Source of the DNA: a virus
Direction: 5' to 3' (one strand)
IMG/VR virus record: IMGVR_UViG_3300037483_001334
DNA: 64,000 nucleotides
In this document: positions 1 to 9,450 of the stretch, one piece after another
Position numbering within the stretch: position 1 is the first letter of the stretch
How the letters are laid out: each line of letters starts with the position of its first letter
Notes under the pieces: generated by a model
Told to the model about the DNA's origin: nothing
The model's input: only the letters and a program-made list of their open reading frames with translations
Database searches by the model: none
Program-made: the position numbers and the translations under genes

Positions 1-261
1 GGAGAAGCATCGGTGAGGAGCGCGCCTGCCAGTCGCGCCGCAGTGCGTGCGTCTATCGACGGCCTGCGTCATGAGGCGGCGCGCGTAGCGCGTGACGCTG
101 AACAGCTTGCGCGCGGCGCAGACGAGACCGAGCGAGACCTGAAGGACGGCAACTGGACGGAGTTGGCGCGGTTCGGATTCGTCACGTACGACGAGGCCGC
201 CATGATGGCCGCCGCGCCGGTACGGAACCGTCGCCGATCGAAGCGTGGCAGCCGTCGATGA
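1..261 (+). CDS. hypothetical protein, possibly 5' partial, Arg-rich C-terminus (RNRRRSKRGSRR)
   Basis: ORF 13..261; its stop overlaps the ATG of the next gene (ATGA at 258-261). Confidence 0.3.
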   Translation, partial: GEASVRSAPASRAAVRASIDGLRHEAARVARDAEQLARGADETERDLKDGNWTELARFGFVTYDEAAMMAAAPVRNRRRSKRGSRR

Positions 262-2669
262 CCTACGTGTCCGCAGCGCTTCGGCCCAACGCCAAGAACG
301 ACGAGACGGAGAAGCGTGATGACGCTCGTCTCGTAGAGAGCGGCCGTGCGCTCGAAGCGCAGGGCTACAAGGTCGGGTTCTTCTGGGTTCCAGTGCAGAA
401 GGTCCCGGCGCTTGCCCGTGAGATCGAGCGGTTGCAAAAGCGTACGAAGCGTCTCGGCCTGAAGCCGATCGTGTTCGAGCAGGGCGCCGCGTACGAGACC
501 AACGTGCCGTCTACGGTCGTCCGCGTGGGCGAGATGGGCGTGTGGAACGAGACGACGCGCATCGGCAGAGGCAAGGTCGTGCCCGTGCTCGTCGCGGGCG
601 AAGAGCCGCGCCTGCGTGGCTGGCGCCTGATCGCGTGCCTGGACTACGACGAGCAGCAGGCCCAGGGAGGCCCCTGGCTACGCGTGGTCCCCGGAGAGAC
701 GCTGCCGCCGGAGTTTCGCACCGTCGATCCGACGCGGTGCGACCACTGCATGACGAAGCGCGACCGCTCCACCGTCTTCGTGCTCGCCCATGACGACGGC
801 AAGTACACGGTGGTCGGCCGCACGTGCCTGGTCGACTTCCTGGGCGGTCACGGCGATCCGCTGCGCACCGTGGGCGCCGCCGAGATGCTCTTCGCCATCT
901 TCGACGTCGCTCGCGGGATGGAGGACTGGGAAGGCGTCGGCGGCGGTGGCAGCCATCTGGCTCGCGCCGTCGACATGGAGGACTTCCTCGCGGTCGTGGT
1001 GCAGCTGATCGAGAAGTACGGGTGGATCTCGCGTGGCGAGGCGTGGAACAAGGGCACGCGCGCGACGGCCGACGACGCGTGGACGGTCTGCATGCCGCAG
1101 AGGCAGATCGAGCACAGCGTCTCGAAGAGAGAGCAGCCCGACGCGAAGAGCCTGGAGGCGGCCAAGCGGATCGTTCAGTGGGCGACCACCGAGTTCGTCG
1201 ACAAAGATCCGACGGCGCTGACGGACTTCGGCTACAACGCGCGCACGACGCTGATCGCGGGAATCGTGACGCAGCGGAGCGCTGGCATCATCGCATCGCT
1301 CGCTTCGGCCTATCAGCGTGCCGAGACGAAGAGGGCCGAAGAGCAGTCAGGCGGCAGGCTCGACGCGTACTACGGCACCGTGGGCGATAGGATCGTGCTG
1401 GAGCTGGACATGCTCGGCGCTCATCCAGTCGACGGTGCATTCGGCAGATCCTACCTGTGCAGGTTCCTGGGAACAGGCGACGCCGCCGGGTACCCGTTCA
1501 AGTGGTTCGGCTCGAACTGGCCGTTCGATTTCCGCGTCGACATTGCCGCTGGGCAGCACGTCCGCGTGAAGGCTACGATCAAGCGGCACCAGGAGTACCG
1601 CGGTCAGAAGGAAACAGAACTGAGCCGCGTGACTCCCGTCGGGCCCGAAGAGCCGAAGAAGCCGAAGCGCACGAGCCGGCCCAAGAAGCCAACAGACGGC
1701 GGTGCACCGCCCGGAGAAGGTATGCAGCAGAACCCCGAGAGCCCCCTCAACGCGCTGCGCAGCGCGATGCGTGCGACCGAAGGCGAAGACGCGAGCCCCG
1801 AGCAGGTCGCCGAAATCGAGCGCGTCGTCGATCGAGAGGAGAGTGACGGCGATCGATTCCAGATCAACGCCCGCATCCAGGAGCGCCGCGCGAGCCGGCC
1901 TGCGAAGCGTGTGAGCCGTCCCAACGGCACGCTGGTGGCGAAGCGTACGAGCCGACCGAACGGCAAGCGCACGAGCCGTACGGGTCATCCGGGCGCGAAG
2001 CGAACGAGCCAGCCGCTGTGGCGGAACCGTGGCTCCGGCGAGACGGAGGACCGAAGGCTCGGACCGGGCGTCATGGGTCACGTCGAGGGTCGTGAGGTCG
2101 ATCCAGATCGCTTCAAGGGCACGCGAGGCCGCGCGATCGACGAGGCCATGGACAAGTACGAGGTCTTCCACGCGAAGAAGCCGTTGGATGTCGTGGACGT
2201 GAAGCACGAACCGCCCGCACGTCTCGTATGCATCGGTGACGCGCACTCGGTCTCGTACAAGACCGACAAGTGGTACGCCGACGGCAAGGACATCGACTAC
2301 AAGCACCTGCATGGCAAGAGCGAGAAGGTGCCGTACGAGATCGGCAAGGGCGTGATGTTCTACGAGAACGCGCATCTCGCTGGTCCTGAGTCCATCCGCG
2401 CGAATGGCACGACGCGCCCGCCGCGCGCGTACCCGAAGGCCTGGACGCGTCTCGGCAAGTTTCAGGGCGCAGATCTGCGCCGCAACGATGGCGAGTTCGA
2501 AGAGGTCGACGCGCGCAAGAGCGCGAAGGATTGCTGGCTGCTGTGTGCGCCGGACGGGAAGATGCTGGCCATCTACTCGCCGCACCAGCAAGACGATGGC
2601 GGCGAGGGCTTCCTCGCTATTATGTGCGGAGGGGGGCTGCGCGTTCTCAAAGACGGAATCGATGGGTGA
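258..2669 (+). CDS. large hypothetical protein (803 aa) with internal KRTSRP/KRTSRPNG repeats
   Basis: Long ORF; ATGA overlap with upstream gene; repeated KRTSR motifs around residues 470-590. Confidence 0.5.
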   Translation: MTYVSAALRPNAKNDETEKRDDARLVESGRALEAQGYKVGFFWVPVQKVPALAREIERLQKRTKRLGLKPIVFEQGAAYETNVPSTVVRVGEMGVWNETTRIGRGKVVPVLVAGEEPRLRGWRLIACLDYDEQQAQGGPWLRVVPGETLPPEFRTVDPTRCDHCMTKRDRSTVFVLAHDDGKYTVVGRTCLVDFLGGHGDPLRTVGAAEMLFAIFDVARGMEDWEGVGGGGSHLARAVDMEDFLAVVVQLIEKYGWISRGEAWNKGTRATADDAWTVCMPQRQIEHSVSKREQPDAKSLEAAKRIVQWATTEFVDKDPTALTDFGYNARTTLIAGIVTQRSAGIIASLASAYQRAETKRAEEQSGGRLDAYYGTVGDRIVLELDMLGAHPVDGAFGRSYLCRFLGTGDAAGYPFKWFGSNWPFDFRVDIAAGQHVRVKATIKRHQEYRGQKETELSRVTPVGPEEPKKPKRTSRPKKPTDGGAPPGEGMQQNPESPLNALRSAMRATEGEDASPEQVAEIERVVDREESDGDRFQINARIQERRASRPAKRVSRPNGTLVAKRTSRPNGKRTSRTGHPGAKRTSQPLWRNRGSGETEDRRLGPGVMGHVEGREVDPDRFKGTRGRAIDEAMDKYEVFHAKKPLDVVDVKHEPPARLVCIGDAHSVSYKTDKWYADGKDIDYKHLHGKSEKVPYEIGKGVMFYENAHLAGPESIRANGTTRPPRAYPKAWTRLGKFQGADLRRNDGEFEEVDARKSAKDCWLLCAPDGKMLAIYSPHQQDDGGEGFLAIMCGGGLRVLKDGIDG

Positions 2670-2672
2670 GGC

Positions 2673-3005
2673 ATGCCAGGCAATAGCGACATCATCGTCC
2701 AGCAGTGGGGCGCGTTCGGCGCTGTTTTCTTGCTGATTTTGCTGCCTTTGGCAGCCTTCACGCTGCGTCAGACGCTGAAGTTGAACGACGTGCAGAACGA
2801 TAGGGTCAACGACGCGAAGCAGGTCGCGACGACGGTCATCGCCGTCATCAAGGACTTCAGTGAAGCTGCTCGCGAGCAGGTGCGGTCGCAGACCGAGCAG
2901 CGCGCGGTGGGCGAGCACGTGGTTGACACGCTCAGCCGTGTTGAGGCCAGAATCGAATCACTGGAGAACGCAGTGAGCAAGATCCGGCTCGGCGGTGGCC
3001 GCTGA
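2673..3005 (+). CDS. small membrane-anchored protein (N-terminal TM, C-terminal coiled-coil-like)
   Basis: ORF with hydrophobic stretch GAFGAVFLLILLPLAAF. Confidence 0.4.
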   Translation: MPGNSDIIVQQWGAFGAVFLLILLPLAAFTLRQTLKLNDVQNDRVNDAKQVATTVIAVIKDFSEAAREQVRSQTEQRAVGEHVVDTLSRVEARIESLENAVSKIRLGGGR

Positions 3006-3041
3006 CGCGTGCGTGTGTAGGTGTGACCGCAGGAGGATCCC

Positions 3042-3254
3042 ATGAGCTACTCGACAGACCCGAAAGAGGTGCAGGAGATGCGTGAGCAGCTCGCCGCTGC
3101 TCGCAAGGCTGCTCGCGGCGTGAAGGACTCAGCCCGGAACCTGCGGGCACTTCCCCGAAGCAGGCGCCTCGCAGCTGTCACCGCAGCAGACCTCGAACGG
3201 TACGACTCGCTGCACCCGATGAGCACCGACGACACGACGAAGCGGATGCGTTGA
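3042..3254 (+). CDS. small hypothetical protein
   Basis: ORF 70 aa; GGAGGA-type RBS upstream (cgcaggaggatccc ATG). Confidence 0.35.
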   Translation: MSYSTDPKEVQEMREQLAAARKAARGVKDSARNLRALPRSRRLAAVTAADLERYDSLHPMSTDDTTKRMR

Positions 3255-3556
3255 TCCGTCGGGCACTGGATGCTACGCTCGACCACATGAAGAGGACCAG
3301 TCGGAACAGCCGCCGCCGCGCGAGCCGCCAGGTTCTGAAGGCCTACGACATCGTGCTTGTTTATGATCCCGAGGATCGGTGGTGGTCGGCTGAAGTTCCC
3401 GCTCTTCCTGGGGCGTACGGTCAGGGTCGCACGTCGGCCTCTGCACGAAAGAGCGTGATTTCGGCAGTGAACGATATCCTTGCTCTGCACGCCGAGCGCG
3501 GCCATCGGTTGCACGCCGTGCATCGTGTCCGAATCGAGCGCGCAGGCGCGGCGTGA
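3251..3556 (+). CDS. hicB: HicB-family antitoxin with Arg-rich N-terminal leader (alternative start at 3287, MKRTSRNSRRR)
   Basis: Core YDIVLVYDPEDRWWSAEVPALPGAYGQGRTSASARKSVISAVNDIL matches the HicB/UPF0150 fold; stop overlaps the hicA GTG (GTGA). Confidence 0.75.
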   Translation: MIRRALDATLDHMKRTSRNSRRRASRQVLKAYDIVLVYDPEDRWWSAEVPALPGAYGQGRTSASARKSVISAVNDILALHAERGHRLHAVHRVRIERAGAA

Positions 3557-3729
3557 AGCGCAAGGCGCTCATCAAGCAGCTGGTCGCCCTGGGCGCCGTG
3601 TATCTTCGAGAAGGCGCGCAGCACACTCTTTACCAGAACCCTCGCACGGCCGTCGAGCTATCGGTTCCTCGGCACACCGAGGTGTCGAAGCACGTGACGA
3701 AGCAGCTGCTACGCGATGCTTCCGGGTAA
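3553..3729 (+). CDS. hicA: HicA-family mRNA-interferase toxin (GTG start, 58 aa)
   Basis: VKRKALIKQLVALGAVYLREGAQHTLYQNPRTAVELSVPRHTEVSKHVTKQLLRDASG fits the HicA pattern; overlaps the hicB stop. Confidence 0.7.
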   Translation: MKRKALIKQLVALGAVYLREGAQHTLYQNPRTAVELSVPRHTEVSKHVTKQLLRDASG

Positions 3730-4024
3730 ATCGACATGGGATGCGAAAAAAGATCTTGACCAGCCTTTGGAGCGCCTGTAGCTTCTCCATCGAAGACCAG
3801 GGCGCGCGCCCTCACCTGCTACGGTGGTCCGGCAGGGAGACGTGTGCGCGCAGATGGCTTTGATCTACCGGAAGACTACCGAGAAGGCGGCTCGCTCGTA
3901 CGAGCGTTCGCCCGGCATGGCACCGAACCCCGGTGGCGTCACGCATCTCGCTGTGGTGAATCCAGGTCGACCGCGCAAGCATGTTTCCTCTCTCTTCGAG
4001 AACCCTGAGCGGAGGAAATCGTCG

Positions 4025-6439
4025 ATGGCGTACAACTTCAACGGTCTGCGTGCGGCGATGCGCGCGAATCTCGGTCGCAAGCGCAAGAGCAGGAAGGGCA
4101 AGCGTCGCAGCCGTCCGGCTCCGGGCACCGCGGGTATTCGCCGCAACCGCCACGGTCTGATGACCGTCGTTGCGACTGGTAAGCGTCGGTCGCGTAAGCG
4201 TCGGTCGCGTCGCAACCCGGGCATCATGCAGGCAGCGGCGAACCGTCGGTCGCGTCGCAACAGCCGCCGTCGGGCTTCGCGTCGTCCGCGCCGCAACAGC
4301 CGCCGCCGGGCAAGTCGCCGGGCATCGCGTCGCAACGGTCGGCGTCGGTCGCGTCGCAACGCAGGCGCTCGTCGGCGCTCGCGCCGCAACAGCCGCCGTC
4401 GCGCCTCGCGCCGTCCGCGCCGCAACAGCCGCCGTCGCGCCTCGCGCCGTCCGCGCCGGAACAGCCGTCGCCGTGCAAGTCGCCGGGCATCGCGTCGCAA
4501 CGGTCGGCGTCGGTCGCGTCGCAACGCAGGCGCGAAGAAGCGTGCTTCGAAGAAGCGTGCTTCGAAGAAGCCGGCCGCCAAGCGTCGCAGTCGCAAGGCC
4601 GGAACGCGTAAGCGTGCCTCGAAGAAGCGCGTGAGCAAGTCGCACGTCTCCGGGATGCCGACGTTCCGTTCGTCGCACCACATGTACGGCTCGCCGCTCT
4701 TCGGTCAGATGGCGGCAAACCGCCGTCGCCACTCGCGCCGCAACAGCCGCCGTCGCCACTCGCGCCGCAATCCGATGTACTACGCAGCGGCGAACCGTCG
4801 GCGCTCGCGCCGCAACAGCCGCCGTCGTGCATCGCGCCGTCCGCGCCGCAACAGCCGCCGCCGGGCAAGTCGCCGGGCATCGCGTCGCAACGGTCGGCGT
4901 CGGTCGCGTCGCAACGCAGGCGCGCGTCGTCGCTCGCGCCGCAACAGCCACCGCCGGGCATCGCGCCGTCCGCGCCGCAACAGCCGCCGCCGTCGGTCGC
5001 GTCGCAACAGCCGCCGCCGGGCAAGCCGTCGGTCGTCGCGTCGCAACGGTCGGCGTCGGTCGCGCCGGGTTCATCCGAACTTCCTGACGGGCTCGCGCCA
5101 GACGGTTCTCTATCGTCCGGGCACGAAGCGGAAGTCGACTGTCCTGATCGGCGGTCGACGCGTGAAGGGCTACTCGCGCCGGTTCACCTTCGGCGGTGTC
5201 GCCAAGCGCGCGCGCTCGATGCGCGGCAAGTGGGGTCCTGAGCTGGCTCGACTGATCGGTCAGAAGGCCTCCTCGCGTCGGGCCTCTGCTCAGGCGCGCG
5301 GAGCGCGGGGTCCGCTCGGAGGAATCCGAGCGAACGGTCGTCGTCGGTCGAGGAAGTCTGGTTCCAGGAAGAAGTCTGGCGGTTCGCGAAAGTCCGCCGC
5401 GAGGAAGAACAGGAGGCATTCGATGAGCCGCAAGAACAAGCGCCGTAGCAAGAGGAACCCGATCTACGTCCCGCAGACCACCGGTCTGTCGAAGAACAGG
5501 CGCGGCCGTCGGCTTCGTCGGAACTTCTTCAAGCTGTACGGCAAGGACGTGATCACCGACATCGCGATGCCGGCAGGCTACGCGACCGGCGGCTTCCTGA
5601 TCGCGAACGCGCTGTCGAACCTGGCGGCGAACAGCGATCAGGTCCGCGGCGTGCTCGACGCAGGTCGTGGCGCGGACGCTGCTCTCGCGACCAAGAGCGT
5701 CGCGAACGCGGCGGTCATCGCGGGCGCTCTCGGCCTGGCCGCGTGGGCGAGCAAGTCGGGCAACAAGATGATCACGGAGAACGCGACCCCGGTCCTCACC
5801 GGCATGGGTCTCGCGCTCTTCGCCCGTCTCCTTCGCGGCACGGGCCTCGCGCCGTACCTCGGTCGCCTCGGCGAGTACGTCGAGCAGCCGATGGGCGGCT
5901 TCGGCGAGTACGTCGAGCAGCCGATGCAGGGCCTCGGCGCGTACGTCGACGACCCGAGCCACGGCATGGGTCGTGACGCGACGTACTACGCAGCGGCCGG
6001 TCTCGGTCGCGAGACGTACTACGCAGCGGCCGGCTATCACGAGGGCATCGATCCGGCCAACCAGGAGGGCGTCGACGGCCTCATGGACGTGATGGAAGCT
6101 GCTGGGCAGACGGGCACTCCCGTGATGGAAGCGGCGGCGGGCGTCGGGCAGACGTTCTACGCGGCGGCCGGTCTCGGCGGCTTCGGCGAGTACATCGAGG
6201 AGACGGACGTCGACGGCTGGTACGCCAAGAACCCCAGCTTCGTCCGTCCGGGCAGCATGACCGACGGCGGCCGCATGGAGCCCCCGTTCGCGTCCATCCA
6301 GACGCCGGTCGAGGGCGCGAAGCTCATCACGGGCGAGATGCCGTACGAGCGCAAGATTCCGTCGTCGCTCGTGACCCCCGAGGGTCGTGGCTACGCGGGC
6401 GGCGTGTTCGCGCGTCACCTCTTCGGCGGGATGTTCTAG
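4025..6439 (+). CDS. giant Arg-rich tandem-repeat protein (RRNSRRRASRRP units over ~350 aa) with a Gly/Ala-rich hydrophobic C-terminal domain ending ...RGYAGGVFARHLFGGMF
   Basis: GGAGGA RBS 9 nt before ATG 4025; the minus-strand antisense ORF is taken as artefact; its C-terminal motif is shared with the next gene. Confidence 0.5.
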   Translation: MAYNFNGLRAAMRANLGRKRKSRKGKRRSRPAPGTAGIRRNRHGLMTVVATGKRRSRKRRSRRNPGIMQAAANRRSRRNSRRRASRRPRRNSRRRASRRASRRNGRRRSRRNAGARRRSRRNSRRRASRRPRRNSRRRASRRPRRNSRRRASRRASRRNGRRRSRRNAGAKKRASKKRASKKPAAKRRSRKAGTRKRASKKRVSKSHVSGMPTFRSSHHMYGSPLFGQMAANRRRHSRRNSRRRHSRRNPMYYAAANRRRSRRNSRRRASRRPRRNSRRRASRRASRRNGRRRSRRNAGARRRSRRNSHRRASRRPRRNSRRRRSRRNSRRRASRRSSRRNGRRRSRRVHPNFLTGSRQTVLYRPGTKRKSTVLIGGRRVKGYSRRFTFGGVAKRARSMRGKWGPELARLIGQKASSRRASAQARGARGPLGGIRANGRRRSRKSGSRKKSGGSRKSAARKNRRHSMSRKNKRRSKRNPIYVPQTTGLSKNRRGRRLRRNFFKLYGKDVITDIAMPAGYATGGFLIANALSNLAANSDQVRGVLDAGRGADAALATKSVANAAVIAGALGLAAWASKSGNKMITENATPVLTGMGLALFARLLRGTGLAPYLGRLGEYVEQPMGGFGEYVEQPMQGLGAYVDDPSHGMGRDATYYAAAGLGRETYYAAAGYHEGIDPANQEGVDGLMDVMEAAGQTGTPVMEAAAGVGQTFYAAAGLGGFGEYIEETDVDGWYAKNPSFVRPGSMTDGGRMEPPFASIQTPVEGAKLITGEMPYERKIPSSLVTPEGRGYAGGVFARHLFGGMF
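4190..5075 (+). repeat. tandem 36-nt-period DNA repeats encoding RRNSRRRASRRP-type units
   Basis: cgccgcaacagccgccgtcg... repeated many times with variants, within the CDS. Confidence 0.7.
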
Positions 6440-6468
6440 GCGCTCGCTGAGCATCACGGAGCAAAGTC

Positions 6469-7080
6469 ATGAGCAAGCGTCATAGCCGTTCGCGCCGCAA
6501 TAGGCGACTTCGTCGGAACGCAGAGGGTGCCGATTCCGGCATCATCCAGCGTCTCGTCGTGCCGTCTCTGGTCGGTACGGCCGGCATGATGCTCGCTTCG
6601 TGGCTGAGCGAAAACGTCGTCGGCCGCCTGCTGACTGGCCAGGATCCGAAGGTTCTGATGCTGATCACTGGCGCGGGCGGCGGGGCTCTCGCGGTCGCGA
6701 TGGGCAGTGGCATCGGGATGTCGGACGAGGTCAGTCAGGCGCTCGCGACGGGCATGGGCATCGCTGCGGTGATGCCCTACGTGCCGCGTCTGATGTCGAC
6801 CGTGCAGACGACGCCGACGCAGAACGCGTCAGCTTCGGCAAACATGTCTGGGTTCGGAGATCCACTGATCGACACCGCGCACTACGGCGCGCCGTACCAG
6901 GGGATGCTCGGACTCGGCGGGCCGATGCAGCCGCCGGCCGTGTCCACGGTCATTCCGGTGGATCTCGCGCTTCAGATGAAGGTCAAGAAGCAGATCAGGC
7001 GTATTCGAGAGCCCTTTGCGTCCGCAGATCGCGGATACGCAGGCGGCGTGTTCGCTCGTCAGCTTTTCTCAGGAAGCTGA
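6469..7080 (+). CDS. paralogue of the Arg-rich protein: Arg-rich N-terminus (MSKRHSRSRRNRRLRRN), TM/Gly-rich core, C-terminal RGYAGGVFARQLFSGS
   Basis: Shared N- and C-terminal motifs with 4025..6439. Confidence 0.5.
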   Translation: MSKRHSRSRRNRRLRRNAEGADSGIIQRLVVPSLVGTAGMMLASWLSENVVGRLLTGQDPKVLMLITGAGGGALAVAMGSGIGMSDEVSQALATGMGIAAVMPYVPRLMSTVQTTPTQNASASANMSGFGDPLIDTAHYGAPYQGMLGLGGPMQPPAVSTVIPVDLALQMKVKKQIRRIREPFASADRGYAGGVFARQLFSGS

Positions 7081-7263
7081 CAGCAAAAGTCTTCTCCGTG
7101 TTCCGGTAGCCGACGGGTGAAAGCCTCTTACCGCTGAGAGGTTTCGGGACACGGAGACGATCTAACTCTCGCGAGAGAGAAGGATCGTCTGAACCAGCGG
7201 GCAGTGCGACGAGTGGATCGCATGAAATCTCGACGGAAGAAACCCTAGGGCGTCGTCGAGAGT
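7081..7263 (+). promoter_or_regulatory. highly structured intergenic region with nested inverted repeats (terminator/leader for the downstream structural gene)
   Basis: ccgtgttccgg...ccgggacacgg stem; gacgatc...gatcgtc stem enclosing the palindrome tctcgcgaga. Confidence 0.35.
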
Positions 7264-7275
7264 GTGGAGAGAGAC

Positions 7276-8058
7276 ATGCCGAAGATCGTAGGTACCCGTG
7301 AGCGCGTGCATCAGCCGTTCTACGACTCGCTCATCCGAGTCGACGGATCGGTCGATCTCCGTCAGACCAACCAGGGTCTGTTCGGAGCGGTTCCGAACCG
7401 CGCGCAGCTGTTCGTTCGTCAGGGCGCGGACATCTCGGTGTCCAACCTGACCACGGGCGGCTTCTTCCCGTCGGATCAGACGTACATCACCCTCGCGGTG
7501 CGCGTCTGGACGTACTTCCGCTTCAATGGTGAAGCACCGGTCGTCGTGACGCAGGGCGCCCCGCAGCCGATCGGCGGCGTCGACGGCGTGTTCCCGGACC
7601 GCATCATGCGTGTGCACAAGCTCTACCACCAGACCCAGAACCAGTTCTTCTGGCAGATGGTCGCTGGTGACAAGCCGCAGCTCACGACGTTCACCGCGTA
7701 CACCCCGATGGCGGGTGGTCTCGACGGCTTCTTCGCGGACAGCCGTCTCCCGCGCGCGAACAACGGCGTTCCGACCTCGTCGGCGCTGATGCGTCTGGCT
7801 CGTCCGATCCTGATCCCGCCCCGCCAGGGCTTCCAGGTGATCGCGATCGCCTCGCCGATCGGTCAGACGACCGGCGCGTCGGTCATCGAGCAGCTGAACG
7901 GCCTCGTGCCGGACAACAGCCCGAACGCGATCATCAGCGGTTCCGGTCTCACGACCGGTCTCGCGGTGGGCACCGGCCTGTCGGTCGCGGGCGAGGACGA
8001 CATCGAGAAGGACATCAAGTACGTTTTGGATGGCATTCATTCAAGGGATGTCCTCTGA
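7276..8058 (+). CDS. putative virion structural protein (candidate major capsid protein)
   Basis: Position at the head of the structural module; structured leader upstream; no recognisable enzymatic motifs. Confidence 0.4.
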   Translation: MPKIVGTRERVHQPFYDSLIRVDGSVDLRQTNQGLFGAVPNRAQLFVRQGADISVSNLTTGGFFPSDQTYITLAVRVWTYFRFNGEAPVVVTQGAPQPIGGVDGVFPDRIMRVHKLYHQTQNQFFWQMVAGDKPQLTTFTAYTPMAGGLDGFFADSRLPRANNGVPTSSALMRLARPILIPPRQGFQVIAIASPIGQTTGASVIEQLNGLVPDNSPNAIISGSGLTTGLAVGTGLSVAGEDDIEKDIKYVLDGIHSRDVL

Positions 8059-8116
8059 TTTGCCAATCATTCCGCGTAGTTAGCTTCGGCTGACAGAGGC
8101 GGAGTGTGTCGCAAGT

Positions 8117-8147
8117 GCAAAGGTGCCGGCCGCTGTAGCGGTGGCCG
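8117..8147 (+). terminator. strong GC hairpin (ggtgccggccgc tgta gcggtggccggcacc) after the capsid-like gene; no U-tract
   Basis: 9-12 bp inverted repeat. Confidence 0.3.
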
Positions 8148-8171
8148 GCACCAATCGCTTATGATGGTCAC

Positions 8172-9083
8172 ATGATGTTCAACAGCGACGACATGGCGTG
8201 GTTTGCCGGACTCCTCGATGCCGAGGGCTGCTTCGGGCTGCGTCGCCATACGAAGCGGCCAACGCAGGTTTTGGCATCGACGCACTGCGGCCTGGTCGAC
8301 AAGTCAGCCGTTGAGCATGCGAAGGCGATTGCTGAGCAACTGTACGGGAAGAGGCTGACTCTTCATCGCCGCCTGGTGTCTTCGGATATCGGCACCCGCC
8401 CGTTCTGGTTTTTTCAGATGTCGACCAAGAAGCCGTTGCATGGCTTCGTCCAGCAGATTCTTCCGTATCTACGCGTCAAACGCGGCGAAGCGTTGCTTCA
8501 GTGTGCGTTTTTGGACCGCGCAGCTGCGCGCCGGCACATCGGAGATAACGCTGACTTCGCTCTCTGCGCTCTGTCTCAGAAGATGAAGCACGAAGGCGGC
8601 GTGACCGAGATAGAGGTCACCAGCCTAGTTGCTGATCGATTCGCACACGCTGGAAATCAGTTGGCCTGGCTTGGCGGCTACACTGATGGCGACGGTTCCA
8701 TCTCCACCTGTGACGGTACGTCGTACCTGTCGTACTCGTGCGTGAATCGGCAAGAGCTATCTCGTGCGAACGACCTGATCGCTGCCGTGACGGAACGTCC
8801 GGCGCTTCCGATTTCGGTCCTTCGAAATAAGGAGAAGCCCGAGAGCCGCGATCAGTATCGAGTTCAAGTGCAGGACCAGACGAGACTTTCAAGGCTGTTG
8901 CCGGCGATTCGCCCGTATCTGCGAGTCAAAGATCTACAGGCAAGCGCCGTTATGGCGATGTTCTCGGTTGTGCGCGATGAGCGGGTCGACCTGGAGGCGG
9001 CGGTGAAACTGTTGAACCACGACTCTGACAGGACTGTTGTCGAGATGTTGTCGAAGCGCGATCGTGCTGCGATGGGAATCTGA
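8172..9083 (+). CDS. double-motif LAGLIDADG homing endonuclease (free-standing)
   Basis: LAGLLDAEGCF and LAWLGGYTDGDGSI motifs. Confidence 0.85.
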   Translation: MMFNSDDMAWFAGLLDAEGCFGLRRHTKRPTQVLASTHCGLVDKSAVEHAKAIAEQLYGKRLTLHRRLVSSDIGTRPFWFFQMSTKKPLHGFVQQILPYLRVKRGEALLQCAFLDRAAARRHIGDNADFALCALSQKMKHEGGVTEIEVTSLVADRFAHAGNQLAWLGGYTDGDGSISTCDGTSYLSYSCVNRQELSRANDLIAAVTERPALPISVLRNKEKPESRDQYRVQVQDQTRLSRLLPAIRPYLRVKDLQASAVMAMFSVVRDERVDLEAAVKLLNHDSDRTVVEMLSKRDRAAMGI

Positions 9084-9084
9084 A

Positions 9085-9336
9085 ATGTCTGACGATTCCA
9101 AGCTCGAACCCGATCTCCTTCGCTGCAAGTACATCTGCACGGACTGCACGTCACTCGAAGAGATGGCTACGGCTCTGGAAGAGGTCGCGAAGGACCTTCG
9201 AGAGAAACACGCAGCCGGCTGGACTCTTGGCGGCTCCGTGGCGGACGACTACGCGGAGCTTCTTCCGCCTGGCTACGAGTATCCGGACGAAGATGAGGAT
9301 GAAGACGAGAGCGTCGAACTCGCAGAAGCAAACTGA
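9085..9336 (+). CDS. small acidic protein (C-terminal DEDEDEDE)
   Basis: ATG 4 nt after the upstream stop. Confidence 0.4.
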   Translation: MSDDSKLEPDLLRCKYICTDCTSLEEMATALEEVAKDLREKHAAGWTLGGSVADDYAELLPPGYEYPDEDEDEDESVELAEAN

Positions 9337-9397
9337 TCGGCGTCGTCATTCGACGCTGATCGTCGGCCAGTATGGCCATGAAGTCCCGCACGCTGCG

Positions 9398-9440
9398 GGC
9401 AAACCACCAACGGCCAAAGGGAGAAATCCAACGGCCAAAG
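9398..9440 (+). promoter_or_regulatory. two direct repeats CCAACGGCCAAAGG(G/A) upstream of gene 9451
   Basis: accaccaacggccaaagggagaaatccaacggccaaaggacgg. Confidence 0.3.
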
Positions 9441-9450
9441 GACGGTCACT

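Noticed and set aside
1347-2918. 523-aa minus-strand ORF
   Set aside because: Antisense to the 803-aa plus ORF. It has no RBS and breaks the plus-strand operon logic (ATGA coupling).
3812-6457. 881-aa ORF on the minus strand
   Set aside because: It is exactly antisense to the Arg-rich repeat gene. It is low-complexity Ala/Arg/Thr sequence typical of GC-rich antisense frames, and the plus ORF has an RBS and a paralogue.
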